NCBI GenBank assembly: GCA_016781135.1
Contig: JADDQY010000076.1
Span: 48,632 to 112,631 of the forward strand
From: Actinomycetota bacterium
Lineage (GTDB): Bacteria > Actinomycetota > Acidimicrobiia > Acidimicrobiales > CADCSY01
DNA: 64,000 nt
Direction of reading: 5' to 3'
Made by a program: the position numbers and the translations under genes. Below are positions 1 to 10,312 of this stretch, piece after piece; position 1 is the first letter of the stretch; each line of letters opens with the position of its first letter. The notes beneath the pieces are model-generated. The model saw only the letters and a program-made list of their open reading frames with translations, did not search any database and was not told where the DNA came from.

Positions 1-237
1 CGGGTCGTGGTCACCCTCGGCAACGTGGCCACCAGGGCGCTGCTCGGCCGGGGCGATGGCATCACCAAGCTCCGGGGGCGGGCCTACCCCTGGAACCGCC
101 GCCAGCTGATCCCCACGTACCACCCCTCGGCCGCGCTTCGGGGGAGCCCCGGCGTCATGGCCGCCATGCGGGGCGACCTGGTGCGGGCCAAGCTGGCACT
201 GGCCGCCGCCTCGTCGGTCGGGAGCCCGGCGGGATGA
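1..237 (+). CDS. Uracil-DNA glycosylase, family 4 (C-terminal fragment; 5' end lies outside the window)
   Basis: The ORF runs in from the left edge. It carries ...LIPTYHPSAALR..., which resembles the family-4 UDG HPS-x-x-LR motif. Its stop overlaps the next start (ATGA at 234-237). Confidence 0.65.
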   Translation, partial: RVVVTLGNVATRALLGRGDGITKLRGRAYPWNRRQLIPTYHPSAALRGSPGVMAAMRGDLVRAKLALAAASSVGSPAG

Positions 238-749
238 CCCTCACCACCGCCACCACCGACGCTGGGCAGACGCGGGCGCTGGGCGCGGCCCTCGCCGCCG
301 TCGCCGAGCCCGGTGATGTCGTGCTGCTCGCGGGTGACCTCGGCACGGGTAAGACCGCCTTCGCCCAAGGCTTCGCCGCCGGCCTGGGGATCGACGAGCC
401 CGTCACCAGCCCTACCTTCACCCTGGTGCGCAGCTACACCGGTCGCCTCACCATGCACCACGTCGACGTCTACCGCCTCGAGCGCCTGCAGGAGGCGCTC
501 GACCTTGATCTGGCGACGATGATCGACGACGGGGGTGTCACCGTCATCGAGTGGGGTGACGTGGTGGCACCGGCGCTGCCGGCGGAGTTCCTCGAGGTCA
601 GGCTCGACTACGGAGAGGCCGACAGCGAGCGGACGGTGGCGTTGCGCCCGGTGGGCTCGCGATGGTCCTCACGAGACGAAAAGCTGCACCAGGTGGTCGC
701 AGCGGTCGAGGCCGAGGAGCCCGGTCGGCTGGCGGGGAGGTCTCGGTGA
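234..749 (+). CDS. tsaE: tRNA threonylcarbamoyladenosine (t6A) biosynthesis ATPase TsaE
   Basis: It has the P-loop LAGDLGTGKTAFAQG and SPTFTLV, typical of the YjeE/TsaE family. It heads the conserved tsaE-tsaB-rimI-tsaD cluster. Confidence 0.85.
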   Translation: MTLTTATTDAGQTRALGAALAAVAEPGDVVLLAGDLGTGKTAFAQGFAAGLGIDEPVTSPTFTLVRSYTGRLTMHHVDVYRLERLQEALDLDLATMIDDGGVTVIEWGDVVAPALPAEFLEVRLDYGEADSERTVALRPVGSRWSSRDEKLHQVVAAVEAEEPGRLAGRSR

Positions 750-876
750 GCAGATGGGGGAGTTCGGTCGCCGGGCCCGCTGCGGGCCCTCACCACGGAC
801 CTGCCGTGCCCGTGTCCGCCGAACAGCCCGGGGCGAGGGGCGCCTGTGGCGGGCCTGATGCCACCGGACCTCTGGG

Positions 877-1617
877 GTGGGTTGCGACGTGCTGATCCTT
901 GGTATCGAGACCGCCACCGCCCAGGTCGGCTGCGCCATCGGTGCCCATGAGGGGGTGCTGACCTCGTTCCACGCCGCCAAGGGGCGCCGTCACGCCGAGA
1001 CCCTCGTGCCGGCGATCGACTTCATCGCCCGCCAAGCGGGGATCGAACTCGATGAGATCGGCGCCGTCGCCGTCGACGTGGGCCCGGGCCTGTTCACCGG
1101 CCTGCGCGTCGGGGTGATCACGGCCAAGGCCATGGCGACGGCCCTGCGTGTCCCCGTGATCGGCGTCTCCAGCCTCGACTTGCTGGCCTTCCCGGCGCGC
1201 TGGACCCCGCGGCGCATCGTGTCCGTGGTCGACGCCGCCCGGGGTGAGGTGTTCTACGCCTTCTACCGCCAGGTTCCCGGGGGCGTGCAGCGGCTGTCAG
1301 AGCACCGGGTGGGCCGGCCCGAGGAGCTGTGCTCGGAGATCCTGGCCACCGGTGAGGAGTGCCTGGCCGTGGGCGACGGGGCGCTGCGCTACGCCGACGC
1401 CCTCGAGAAGCTGATCAAGGTCGACATCGGCGATGCCGGGTGGGCGCACCCCTCGGCCGGGTCGCTGGTGCAGCTGGCCCACGCCCAGGCCCTGCGGGAG
1501 GAGTTCGTCAACCCCTGGGAGCTGACCCCCGTCTACTTGCGCAAGGCCGACGCCGAGATCAACTGGCAGACCCGGGAGCGGTCGGCCGCCACTCCGGCGC
1601 CGCCGTTCCTGGCGTGA
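877..1617 (+). CDS. tsaB: tRNA t6A biosynthesis protein TsaB (YeaZ)
   Basis: The N-terminus (V)LILGIETATAQVGCAI and GPGLFTGLRVGV are TsaB/YeaZ-like. An alternative in-frame GTG at 889 would give VLILGIE. Its stop overlaps the rimI start (TGATG at 1615-1619). Confidence 0.85.
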   Translation: MGCDVLILGIETATAQVGCAIGAHEGVLTSFHAAKGRRHAETLVPAIDFIARQAGIELDEIGAVAVDVGPGLFTGLRVGVITAKAMATALRVPVIGVSSLDLLAFPARWTPRRIVSVVDAARGEVFYAFYRQVPGGVQRLSEHRVGRPEELCSEILATGEECLAVGDGALRYADALEKLIKVDIGDAGWAHPSAGSLVQLAHAQALREEFVNPWELTPVYLRKADAEINWQTRERSAATPAPPFLA

Positions 1618-2198
1618 TGCGGGCCGAGGAGGACGCCATGGCAGTGGTCCCCCACGCTGGCCCCGACACGTCCGGCCCGAACGTCCGCATCGTCGACATG
1701 CGCCGCCGCCACCTGAGAGCGGTGACCCGCATCGAAGGGGCGGTGTGCCCCCGGCCGTGGTCGATCGGGCTCTTCCTCTCCGAGCTCGCGGCGACGAACC
1801 GCCGCTACCTGGTCGCCCGGGCGGCAGGGGCGGTCGTCGGCTACGGGGGCGTGATGGTCGGCGCCGGCGAGGGCCACGTGACCACCCTCGCCGTCGACCC
1901 GGCCTGGCAGCGCCGGTCGGTGGGGAGCCGGCTCCTGCTCGCCCTCGTCGAGTGGGGTCTCGACCAGGGGTGCTCCGGGCTCACCCTCGAGGTGCGGATG
2001 GGCAACCTCGGCGCCCAGGCCCTGTACCGCCGCTTCGGCTTCGTCCCCGCCGGGGTGCGCCCCGGCTACTACGCCGAGACCAACGAGGACGCCCTGATCA
2101 TGTGGGCCCACGACGTCAGCGAGCCCGCCTACGCCGAGCGGTTGAAGGCCATCGCCGCCCGCCTCTCGGCTGCGGGCACGACAGGAGGAGACGTATGA
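1617..2198 (+). CDS. rimI: Ribosomal-protein-alanine N-acetyltransferase RimI (GNAT)
   Basis: The GNAT core reads LAVDPAWQRRSVGSRLL...LTLEVRMGNLGAQALYRRFGF. It sits in the canonical position between tsaB and tsaD. The first 86 codons of track ORF 1359..2198 overlap tsaB and are not used. Confidence 0.85.
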   Translation: MRAEEDAMAVVPHAGPDTSGPNVRIVDMRRRHLRAVTRIEGAVCPRPWSIGLFLSELAATNRRYLVARAAGAVVGYGGVMVGAGEGHVTTLAVDPAWQRRSVGSRLLLALVEWGLDQGCSGLTLEVRMGNLGAQALYRRFGFVPAGVRPGYYAETNEDALIMWAHDVSEPAYAERLKAIAARLSAAGTTGGDV

Positions 2199-3202
2199 GC
2201 GACGCCGACGTGCTGCTCGGCATCGAGACCAGCTGTGACGAGACGGCGGCGGCGGTCGTCGCCCGCGGCGTCGACGTGCGCTCGTCGGTGGTGTCGAGCC
2301 AGGTCGACCTCCACGCCCGCTTCGGCGGCGTCGTGCCCGAGATCGCCAGCCGAGCCCACGTCGAGCTGCTCGGCCCCGTCGTGGCCGAGGCCCTGGTGGA
2401 GTCGGGGGTTGGCGGCGAAGACCTCGATGCGGTCGCCGCGACCGTCGGCCCTGGGCTGGTCGGCTCCCTGCTCGTGGGCCTGGCTGCCGCCAAGGCCCTG
2501 GCCCTGGTGTGGGGCGTCCCGTTCGTCGGCGTCAACCACCTCGAGGCCCACCTCTACGCCTCATTCATCGACGAACCGGCGCTCGAGCCGCCGATGGTGG
2601 CGCTGCTCGTGTCGGGGGGCCACACGCTGCTCGTGGCCGTTGATGACCACGGCCGCTACCGCCTGCTGGGCTCGACCATCGACGACGCCGCCGGTGAGGC
2701 GTTCGACAAGGTGGCACGCTTTCTCGGCCTCGGGTACCCCGGCGGCCCGGCCATCGACCGCACCGCGCTGACCGGCGACCCGACCGCCATCGACTTCCCC
2801 CGGGCCATGCTCGACCAGGGGTACGACTTCAGCTTCTCGGGGCTCAAGACGGCGGTGGTCACCCACGTGCGTCGCCATCCCGACGTGGCCACCGACGACG
2901 TCGCCGCCAGCTTCCAACAGGCGGTGGTCGACGTGCTCGTGGCCAAGACCCTCCGGGCGGCGCGCCACGCCGGGGTGAGCCGGGTGTGCATCGGCGGCGG
3001 GGTGGCCGCCAACTCGCTGCTGCGGGAGCGGCTCCTCGACGCCTGCGCCGGCGAAGGCTTCGAGTGCTTCCTGCCCAGCCGGTCGATGTGCACCGACAAC
3101 GCCGCCATGGTCGCCGCCGCCGGGTGGTGGCGGCTGAAGAACGATGGCCCCACCGGGCTCGACGCCGGCGCCCAACCGAACCTCCGCTTGCCGGTGGCCT
3201 GA
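2195..3202 (+). CDS. tsaD: tRNA N6-adenosine threonylcarbamoyltransferase TsaD (Kae1/Gcp family)
   Basis: It contains LGIETSCDETAAAVV..., NHLEAHL, and SGGHT... GLGYPGGPAID. The ATG at 2195 overlaps the rimI stop (ATGA). Confidence 0.95.
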   Translation: MSDADVLLGIETSCDETAAAVVARGVDVRSSVVSSQVDLHARFGGVVPEIASRAHVELLGPVVAEALVESGVGGEDLDAVAATVGPGLVGSLLVGLAAAKALALVWGVPFVGVNHLEAHLYASFIDEPALEPPMVALLVSGGHTLLVAVDDHGRYRLLGSTIDDAAGEAFDKVARFLGLGYPGGPAIDRTALTGDPTAIDFPRAMLDQGYDFSFSGLKTAVVTHVRRHPDVATDDVAASFQQAVVDVLVAKTLRAARHAGVSRVCIGGGVAANSLLRERLLDACAGEGFECFLPSRSMCTDNAAMVAAAGWWRLKNDGPTGLDAGAQPNLRLPVA

Positions 3203-3320
3203 GACCGAGCGGGGGCGTGCCGCGCTTCCTCGGTCGATGCCACCGCCGGCCGTCGGTGGAACGGTCTCGCCCCCGGTCATCTCCCCAGAGGGTTGTGGCC
3301 CGTGCCACCTTCGCCTATCG

Positions 3321-3347
3321 TTAGCACTCGACACCCGAGAGTGCTAA
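3321..3347 (+). promoter_or_regulatory. CIRCE operator (HrcA binding site) upstream of groES
   Basis: TTAGCACTC-gacacccga-GAGTGCTAA is a perfect match to the CIRCE consensus TTAGCACTC-N9-GAGTGCTAA. It lies 67 bp upstream of the groES ATG. Confidence 0.9.
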
Positions 3348-3413
3348 CGGTCTTCCTGTGACCGCCCCCTCGAGTGCGAACGGTCCCAGCGAACATCCCC
3401 CACGGAGGCGCAG

Positions 3414-5383
<1,970 letters not shown>

Positions 5384-5397
5384 GGGCCCCACCGCCC

Positions 5398-5420
5398 GGG
5401 AACCGTCAACGACGGGTCCC
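5398..5420 (+). terminator. Stem-loop immediately after groEL (candidate terminator)
   Basis: GGGAACCGTC-aac-GACGGGTCCC forms a 10-bp stem with one mismatch, starting 15 nt after the groEL stop. There is no clear U-tract. Confidence 0.35.
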
Positions 5421-5547
5421 TTCCGTCGGTGCCCCCGGTGGCTCCGCCAGTGCGAGAGTTGGCCAGACGACCGGCCCGCGAGGGCCGGTCGTCTCGCGTG
5501 CCGGCCTGCGGTGCTCGGTGGTGTCGCTGCTCGGGTAGGGCAGGGGC

Positions 5548-5748
5548 ATGACCGACACGGGTGGGAGCAACGTCCAGAAGGATCCGGATGACTGGGTCAC
5601 CGGTGACGAGGCCATGACCGGGGCGCAGGCGTCGTACCTGGAGACGTTGAGCCAGGAGGCCGGGGAGGAGTTCGATCCCTCCTTGACCAAGGCGGAGGCG
5701 TCCCGGCGCATCGACGAGCTGCAGGAGCGCACCGGGCGAGGCAAGTAG
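5548..5748 (+). CDS. Small conserved hypothetical protein (DUF3072-like)
   Basis: The 66-aa product contains KDPDDWVTGDEAMTGAQASYLETLSQEAG...LTKAEASRRIDELQ. It resembles DUF3072 proteins from memory only. GC3 is high. Confidence 0.55.
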   Translation: MTDTGGSNVQKDPDDWVTGDEAMTGAQASYLETLSQEAGEEFDPSLTKAEASRRIDELQERTGRGK

Positions 5749-5758
5749 GCTCGCCGCG

Positions 5759-5926
5759 ATGCTGGACCGCCCGCCGCCTGACCCCTCGAAGCTCCTCTCC
5801 CAGTGGATGGAGTGGGAGAAGGGTGAGGAGACCCCCGGCCGGGTGATGGCCAACCTCAAGACCGGCGGGCTGCGCGAGCTGCTGGAGCAGCTGGTCAGCG
5901 TGCAGCAGGAGCAGGCCAGCGCCTGA
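5759..5926 (+). CDS. Hypothetical 55-aa protein (below the ORF-track length cut-off)
   Basis: The ORF runs from ATG 5759 to TGA 5924-5926 and encodes MLDRPPPDPSKLLSQWMEWEKGEETPGRVMANLKTGGLRELLEQLVSVQQEQASA. Almost every codon ends in G/C, as in the surrounding genes. Confidence 0.4.
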   Translation: MLDRPPPDPSKLLSQWMEWEKGEETPGRVMANLKTGGLRELLEQLVSVQQEQASA

Positions 5927-5998
5927 CCGTAGGAGCTGGCGCGGCGCCCCCATCACCGGATCGGGAAGGGGGCCGGGGTTAGACTGGCCCCTCCGAAG

Positions 5999-7192
5999 GT
6001 GGCAGAGCGAGGGGGCACACGGGTGGCCGAGGTGGAGATCGGGATCGGCAAGTCGGGCCGGATGGCCTACGGGTTCGACGACATCGCCATCGTTCCCAGC
6101 CGGCGCACCCGCGACCCCGAGGACATCGACATCTCCTGGGAGCTCGACGCCTTCCGATTCGAGCTGCCGTTGATGGGCTCGGCCATGGACGGGGTGGTCA
6201 GCCCGGCGACGGCCATCGAGATCGGCCGCCTGGGTGGGGTGGGCGTGCTCAACCTCGAGGGCCTGTGGACTCGCTACGAGGACCCCGAGCCGTTGTTCGA
6301 CGAGATCGCCGATCTGCCTACCGACAAGGCCACGCTGCGGATGCAGGAGATCTACGCCGAGCCGGTCAAGCTCGAGCTGATCGCCCCCCGCATCCGCCAG
6401 ATCCGGGAGGCCGGCGTCGTCTCCTGCGCCTCGGTCACCCCCCAGCGCACCCAGGCCTTCGCCCCGTACCTGCTCGAGGCCGAGCTCGACCTCCTCGTCA
6501 TCCAGGGCACGGTGGTCACTGCCGAGCACCTGTCGAAGTCGAGCGAGCCGCTCAACCTCAAGCGGTTCGTGCGTGAGCTGCCCATCCCGGTGGTGGTCGG
6601 TGGCTGCGCCTCCTATGACGCCGCCCTGCACCTCATGCGCACCGGTGCGGCCGGGGTTCTGGTGGGAGTGGGCCCGGGCAACGCCTGCACCAGCCGCGGC
6701 GTGCTCGGCATCGGCGTGCCCCAGGCGACGGCGGTGGCCGACGCCAAGGGAGCCCGTATGCGCCATCTGGACGAGACCGGGGTCTACTGCCACGTCATTG
6801 CCGACGGGGGGATGAGCACCGGCGGCGACATCGCCAAGGCGATTGCCTGCGGGGCCGATGCGGTGATGATCGGCTCGCCCCTGGCCGCCGCCGCCGAGGC
6901 CCCGGGCCGGGGCCATCACTGGGGGATGGCCACCTTCCACCCGACCCTGCCCCGCGGTACCCGTGTGCGGCTCGGCGTGCGCGGCACCCTGGAGGAGATC
7001 CTCGTCGGGCCGGCGCGGGAGAACGACGGCCGGCTCAACCTGTTCGGCGCGCTGCGCACCTCCATGGCCACCTGCGGCTACGAGACGGTCAAGGAGTTCC
7101 AGAAGGCCGAGGTCATGGTCGCCCCCGCCCTCCAGACCGAGGGCAAGGCGCTGCAGCGTGCTCAAGGCATCGGAATGGGCCGGAGCGGGTGA
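5999..7192 (+). CDS. GuaB3-family IMP dehydrogenase-related protein (no CBS pair)
   Basis: It contains [36 protein letters not shown]..., an IMPDH-type TIM barrel and [12 protein letters not shown]. Its length and N-terminus match GuaB3-type proteins. More likely in-frame GTG starts lie at 6023 or 6032. Confidence 0.85.
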   Translation: MAERGGTRVAEVEIGIGKSGRMAYGFDDIAIVPSRRTRDPEDIDISWELDAFRFELPLMGSAMDGVVSPATAIEIGRLGGVGVLNLEGLWTRYEDPEPLFDEIADLPTDKATLRMQEIYAEPVKLELIAPRIRQIREAGVVSCASVTPQRTQAFAPYLLEAELDLLVIQGTVVTAEHLSKSSEPLNLKRFVRELPIPVVVGGCASYDAALHLMRTGAAGVLVGVGPGNACTSRGVLGIGVPQATAVADAKGARMRHLDETGVYCHVIADGGMSTGGDIAKAIACGADAVMIGSPLAAAAEAPGRGHHWGMATFHPTLPRGTRVRLGVRGTLEEILVGPARENDGRLNLFGALRTSMATCGYETVKEFQKAEVMVAPALQTEGKALQRAQGIGMGRSG

Positions 7193-7271
7193 ACTTGGCA
7201 CTTCCCCCTCCGAAGTCGATGCGCCGAGGGGGCCACAAGCGGCTCAGCTGGGGTGCCGTGGGAGAGCGGCG

Positions 7272-8807
7272 ATGAGTGACTTCGACACCGTCCTCGTCGT
7301 CGACTTCGGGGCCCAGTACGCCCAGCTGATCGCCCGGCGGGTGCGTGAGGCTCGGGTCTACAGCGAGATCGTCCCCCACACCATCACCGCCGCCGAGATC
7401 GCTGCCCGGGCGCCGGTGGGCGTGATCCTGAGTGGCGGCCCCAAGTCGGTCCACGTCCCCGGGGCCCCGGGTCTCGACCCCGACGTGTTCGAGCTCGCCG
7501 TCCCCGTGCTCGGGATCTGCTACGGCGCCCAGCTCCTCGCCCAGCAGCTCGGTGGTGCGGTCGCTCCGACCGGACGGGGCGAGTACGGACGAACGGTCCT
7601 GGAGGTCGATGTGCCCTCCGGGCTGTTCGACCTCCCCACCGAGCAGTCGGTGTGGATGAGCCACGGGGACACCATCGCCGCTCTCCCCGAGGGCTTCGTG
7701 GCTACCGCCCGCACCACCGACGTGCCCATCGCCGCGCTGGAGTCGCCGGGTCGGCGTATCTACGGAGTGCAGTTCCACCCGGAGGTGGTCCACACGCCGA
7801 GGGGCCAGGAGCTGCTCGAGCGGTTCCTCCACGACATCTGCGGCGCCCGCCCGACCTGGACGATGACCTCGATCATCGAGTCCCAGGTGGCCGCGGTGCG
7901 GGCCCAGGTCGGCGGCGAGCGGGTCATCTGCGGGCTCTCGGGAGGCGTCGACTCGGCGGTCGCCGCTGCGCTCGTGCACAAGGCCGTCGGCCCCCAGCTC
8001 ACCTGCGTGTACGTCGACACCGGGTTGATGCGAGAAGGCGAGAGCGACCAGGTGGTCGACACCTTCCGCCGCCACCACGGCATGGAGCTCGTCCACGTCC
8101 GGGCCGCCGAGCGGTTCTTCGAGCGCCTCGCCGGCGTGGTGGACCCCGAGGAGAAGCGCAAGGCCATCGGCGAGCGCTTCATCCGGGAGTTCGAGGTGGC
8201 GGCCCAGGGCCTGGAGGACGCCCGCTTCCTGGTGCAGGGCACGCTCTACCCCGATGTCATCGAGTCGGGCACGCCCGATGCCGCCCGCATCAAGTCCCAC
8301 CACAACGTGGGGGGGTTGCCCGCCGACCTCGACTTCGAGCTGGTGGAGCCCCTGCGCACCCTGTTCAAGGACGAGGTGCGCAAGGTGGGCGAGGAGCTCG
8401 GCCTCCCCGACGAGATCGTGTGGCGCCAGCCCTTCCCCGGACCAGGCCTCGGCGTGCGCATCATCGGCGAGGTCACCCCCGAGCGCCTGGCCACCCTCCG
8501 TCAGGCCGATGCCATCGTGCGCGAGGAGGTCAAGGCGGCGGGCCTCGAGCGCGACATCTGGCAGGCCTTCGCCGTGCTGGCCGCCGACGTGCGCTCGGTC
8601 GGGGTCATGGGCGACGAGCGCAGCTACGCCGCCCCGATCATCGTGCGGGCGGTCACCAGCGACGACGCCATGACCGCCGACTGGGCTCGGCTCCCCCACG
8701 AGCTGCTGGAGCGGCTGTCGAGCCGCATCGTCAACGAGGTCGCCGGGGTCAACCGGGTCGCCTACGACATCACCTCCAAGCCGCCCGGCACCATCGAGTG
8801 GGAGTGA
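7272..8807 (+). CDS. guaA: GMP synthase (glutamine-hydrolysing)
   Basis: It contains [26 protein letters not shown]..., GICYGAQLL, the ATP-PPase motif [13 protein letters not shown], and ends ...KPPGTIEWE. The upstream part of track ORF 6963..8807 overlaps the previous gene. Confidence 0.97.
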   Translation: MSDFDTVLVVDFGAQYAQLIARRVREARVYSEIVPHTITAAEIAARAPVGVILSGGPKSVHVPGAPGLDPDVFELAVPVLGICYGAQLLAQQLGGAVAPTGRGEYGRTVLEVDVPSGLFDLPTEQSVWMSHGDTIAALPEGFVATARTTDVPIAALESPGRRIYGVQFHPEVVHTPRGQELLERFLHDICGARPTWTMTSIIESQVAAVRAQVGGERVICGLSGGVDSAVAAALVHKAVGPQLTCVYVDTGLMREGESDQVVDTFRRHHGMELVHVRAAERFFERLAGVVDPEEKRKAIGERFIREFEVAAQGLEDARFLVQGTLYPDVIESGTPDAARIKSHHNVGGLPADLDFELVEPLRTLFKDEVRKVGEELGLPDEIVWRQPFPGPGLGVRIIGEVTPERLATLRQADAIVREEVKAAGLERDIWQAFAVLAADVRSVGVMGDERSYAAPIIVRAVTSDDAMTADWARLPHELLERLSSRIVNEVAGVNRVAYDITSKPPGTIEWE

Positions 8808-8811
8808 GTTC

Positions 8812-8837
8812 CGCCCTCGGAGCGGAGTTCGAGGGCG
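8812..8837 (+). terminator. Stem-loop after guaA (candidate terminator between convergent genes)
   Basis: CGCCCTCG-N10-CGAGGGCG forms an 8-bp perfect stem that starts 5 nt after the guaA stop. Confidence 0.35.
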
Positions 8838-8969
8838 AGCTCGACGTGCTCCAGCGGACAGGCCCAGCCGTCCCGCTCGCGCTGAACCCTCATCTGGCCG
8901 CTGCCCCGGCCGGGCCGCCAGGCAGGGACAGCTCCCTTCGGCGGCGCCGCCCGCCGGCCGCGGGTCGGA

Positions 8970-10229
8970 TCAGGAGAGACGGACCGGTAGCTCGGCCAGG
9001 CCGCGTAGGGTGATGCTGTCGCGGTAGCGGGGGGTGTCGTCGAGCAGGTCGATGCCGCTGAAGCGCTGGAGCAGCCGGCCGAAGACCACCTGGCCCTCCA
9101 CCCGGGCCAGGGCGGCCCCCAGGCAAAAGTGGATCCCGCTGCCGAAGCTCATCGACGCCCCTTCCGAGCGGCCCACCTCGAGGCGGTCCGGGTCGCTGAA
9201 GCGTCTGGGATCGCGGTTGGCCGCTCCCTGGAGCACCAGCACGGTGGAGCCTCCGGGGAAGCGTTGGCCGTCGATCTCGACGTCGTCGCCGGCGATGCGG
9301 CCGTTGACCTGCACGGGGCTGTCGTAGCGCAGCAGCTCGTCGACACCCGACGCCAACAGTCCGGGGTCGGCCCGCAGCCGGTCGAGCTGGTCGGGGTGGC
9401 GCAGCAGCGCCAGCAGTCCGTTGCCGATGAGGTTGGTGGTCGTCTCGAACCCGGCGGCGAACAACAGGATGGCGGTCGACAGCAGCTCCAGCTCGCTGAG
9501 CTGGTCACCGTCGTCCTCGGCCAGGATCAGCTGGCTCAACAGGTCGTCACCCAGCGCCTTGCGGCGCTCGGCCACGAGGTGGCGGAAGTACTCCTCCATC
9601 TCCAGCGTGGCCTCGTTGGCGGCGGTGAGCAGCTCGGCCGACACGAACGGCTCGAGGGCGGCGGCCGACGTCCGCACCAGGCGCTGGAACTGGGGCCGGT
9701 CGGCAGGGGGCACGCCGAGCATCTCGCCGATGACGGTGACCGGCAGCGGAAAGGCGAGGGCGGCCATGATGTCGACCTCGCCGCCGATGGGGTCGAGGAG
9801 CTCGTCGCACAGCCGGACGATGTGGGGACGGAGCGCCTCGACGGTGCGGGGGGTGAACGCCTTGGACACCAGCCCCCGCAGCCGGGTGTGGTCGGGGGGG
9901 TCGCGGAACAGCATCGAGGGCCGGTCGCTGCTGAAGGCCTGCTGCGCCGCCAGCTCCTCCTCGGACAGGCCCCACCGTCGTTGCATGGCGGCGAAGTCCT
10001 TGCCGAAGCCGGGGTGGCGAAGGACGGCTTGGCAGTGGTCGAAGCGGGTCAGCACCCAGGTGCCGCCGGTGCTCCCGGGAGGGTCGACCACCAGCTTGTG
10101 CACCGGCCAGTGCTCCCGGAGGCGGGCATAGCGGGGATAGGGGTCGGCACGGCCCTCCGGGGTGGCGAGGAGCTCGAAGAGCAGGGCGTCGGCCGGACCG
10201 ATCGTAGGGGCGGCGTCGGTGGTGGTCAT
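8970..10229 (-). CDS. Cytochrome P450
   Basis: The 419-aa product has the heme-binding loop FGSGIHFCLGAALAR, the I-helix LLFAAGFETT, and an EXXR motif (ELLR). Confidence 0.92.
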   Translation of the reverse strand: MTTTDAAPTIGPADALLFELLATPEGRADPYPRYARLREHWPVHKLVVDPPGSTGGTWVLTRFDHCQAVLRHPGFGKDFAAMQRRWGLSEEELAAQQAFSSDRPSMLFRDPPDHTRLRGLVSKAFTPRTVEALRPHIVRLCDELLDPIGGEVDIMAALAFPLPVTVIGEMLGVPPADRPQFQRLVRTSAAALEPFVSAELLTAANEATLEMEEYFRHLVAERRKALGDDLLSQLILAEDDGDQLSELELLSTAILLFAAGFETTTNLIGNGLLALLRHPDQLDRLRADPGLLASGVDELLRYDSPVQVNGRIAGDDVEIDGQRFPGGSTVLVLQGAANRDPRRFSDPDRLEVGRSEGASMSFGSGIHFCLGAALARVEGQVVFGRLLQRFSGIDLLDDTPRYRDSITLRGLAELPVRLS

Positions 10230-10312
10230 GGTCCCAGTCTCTCGCCTTGCGCCCGGAATCGTGCCGCGGAGTTCCCTGAGGCTGTCGCCGCCCGACGGTA
10301 GGTTTGGCAGCG

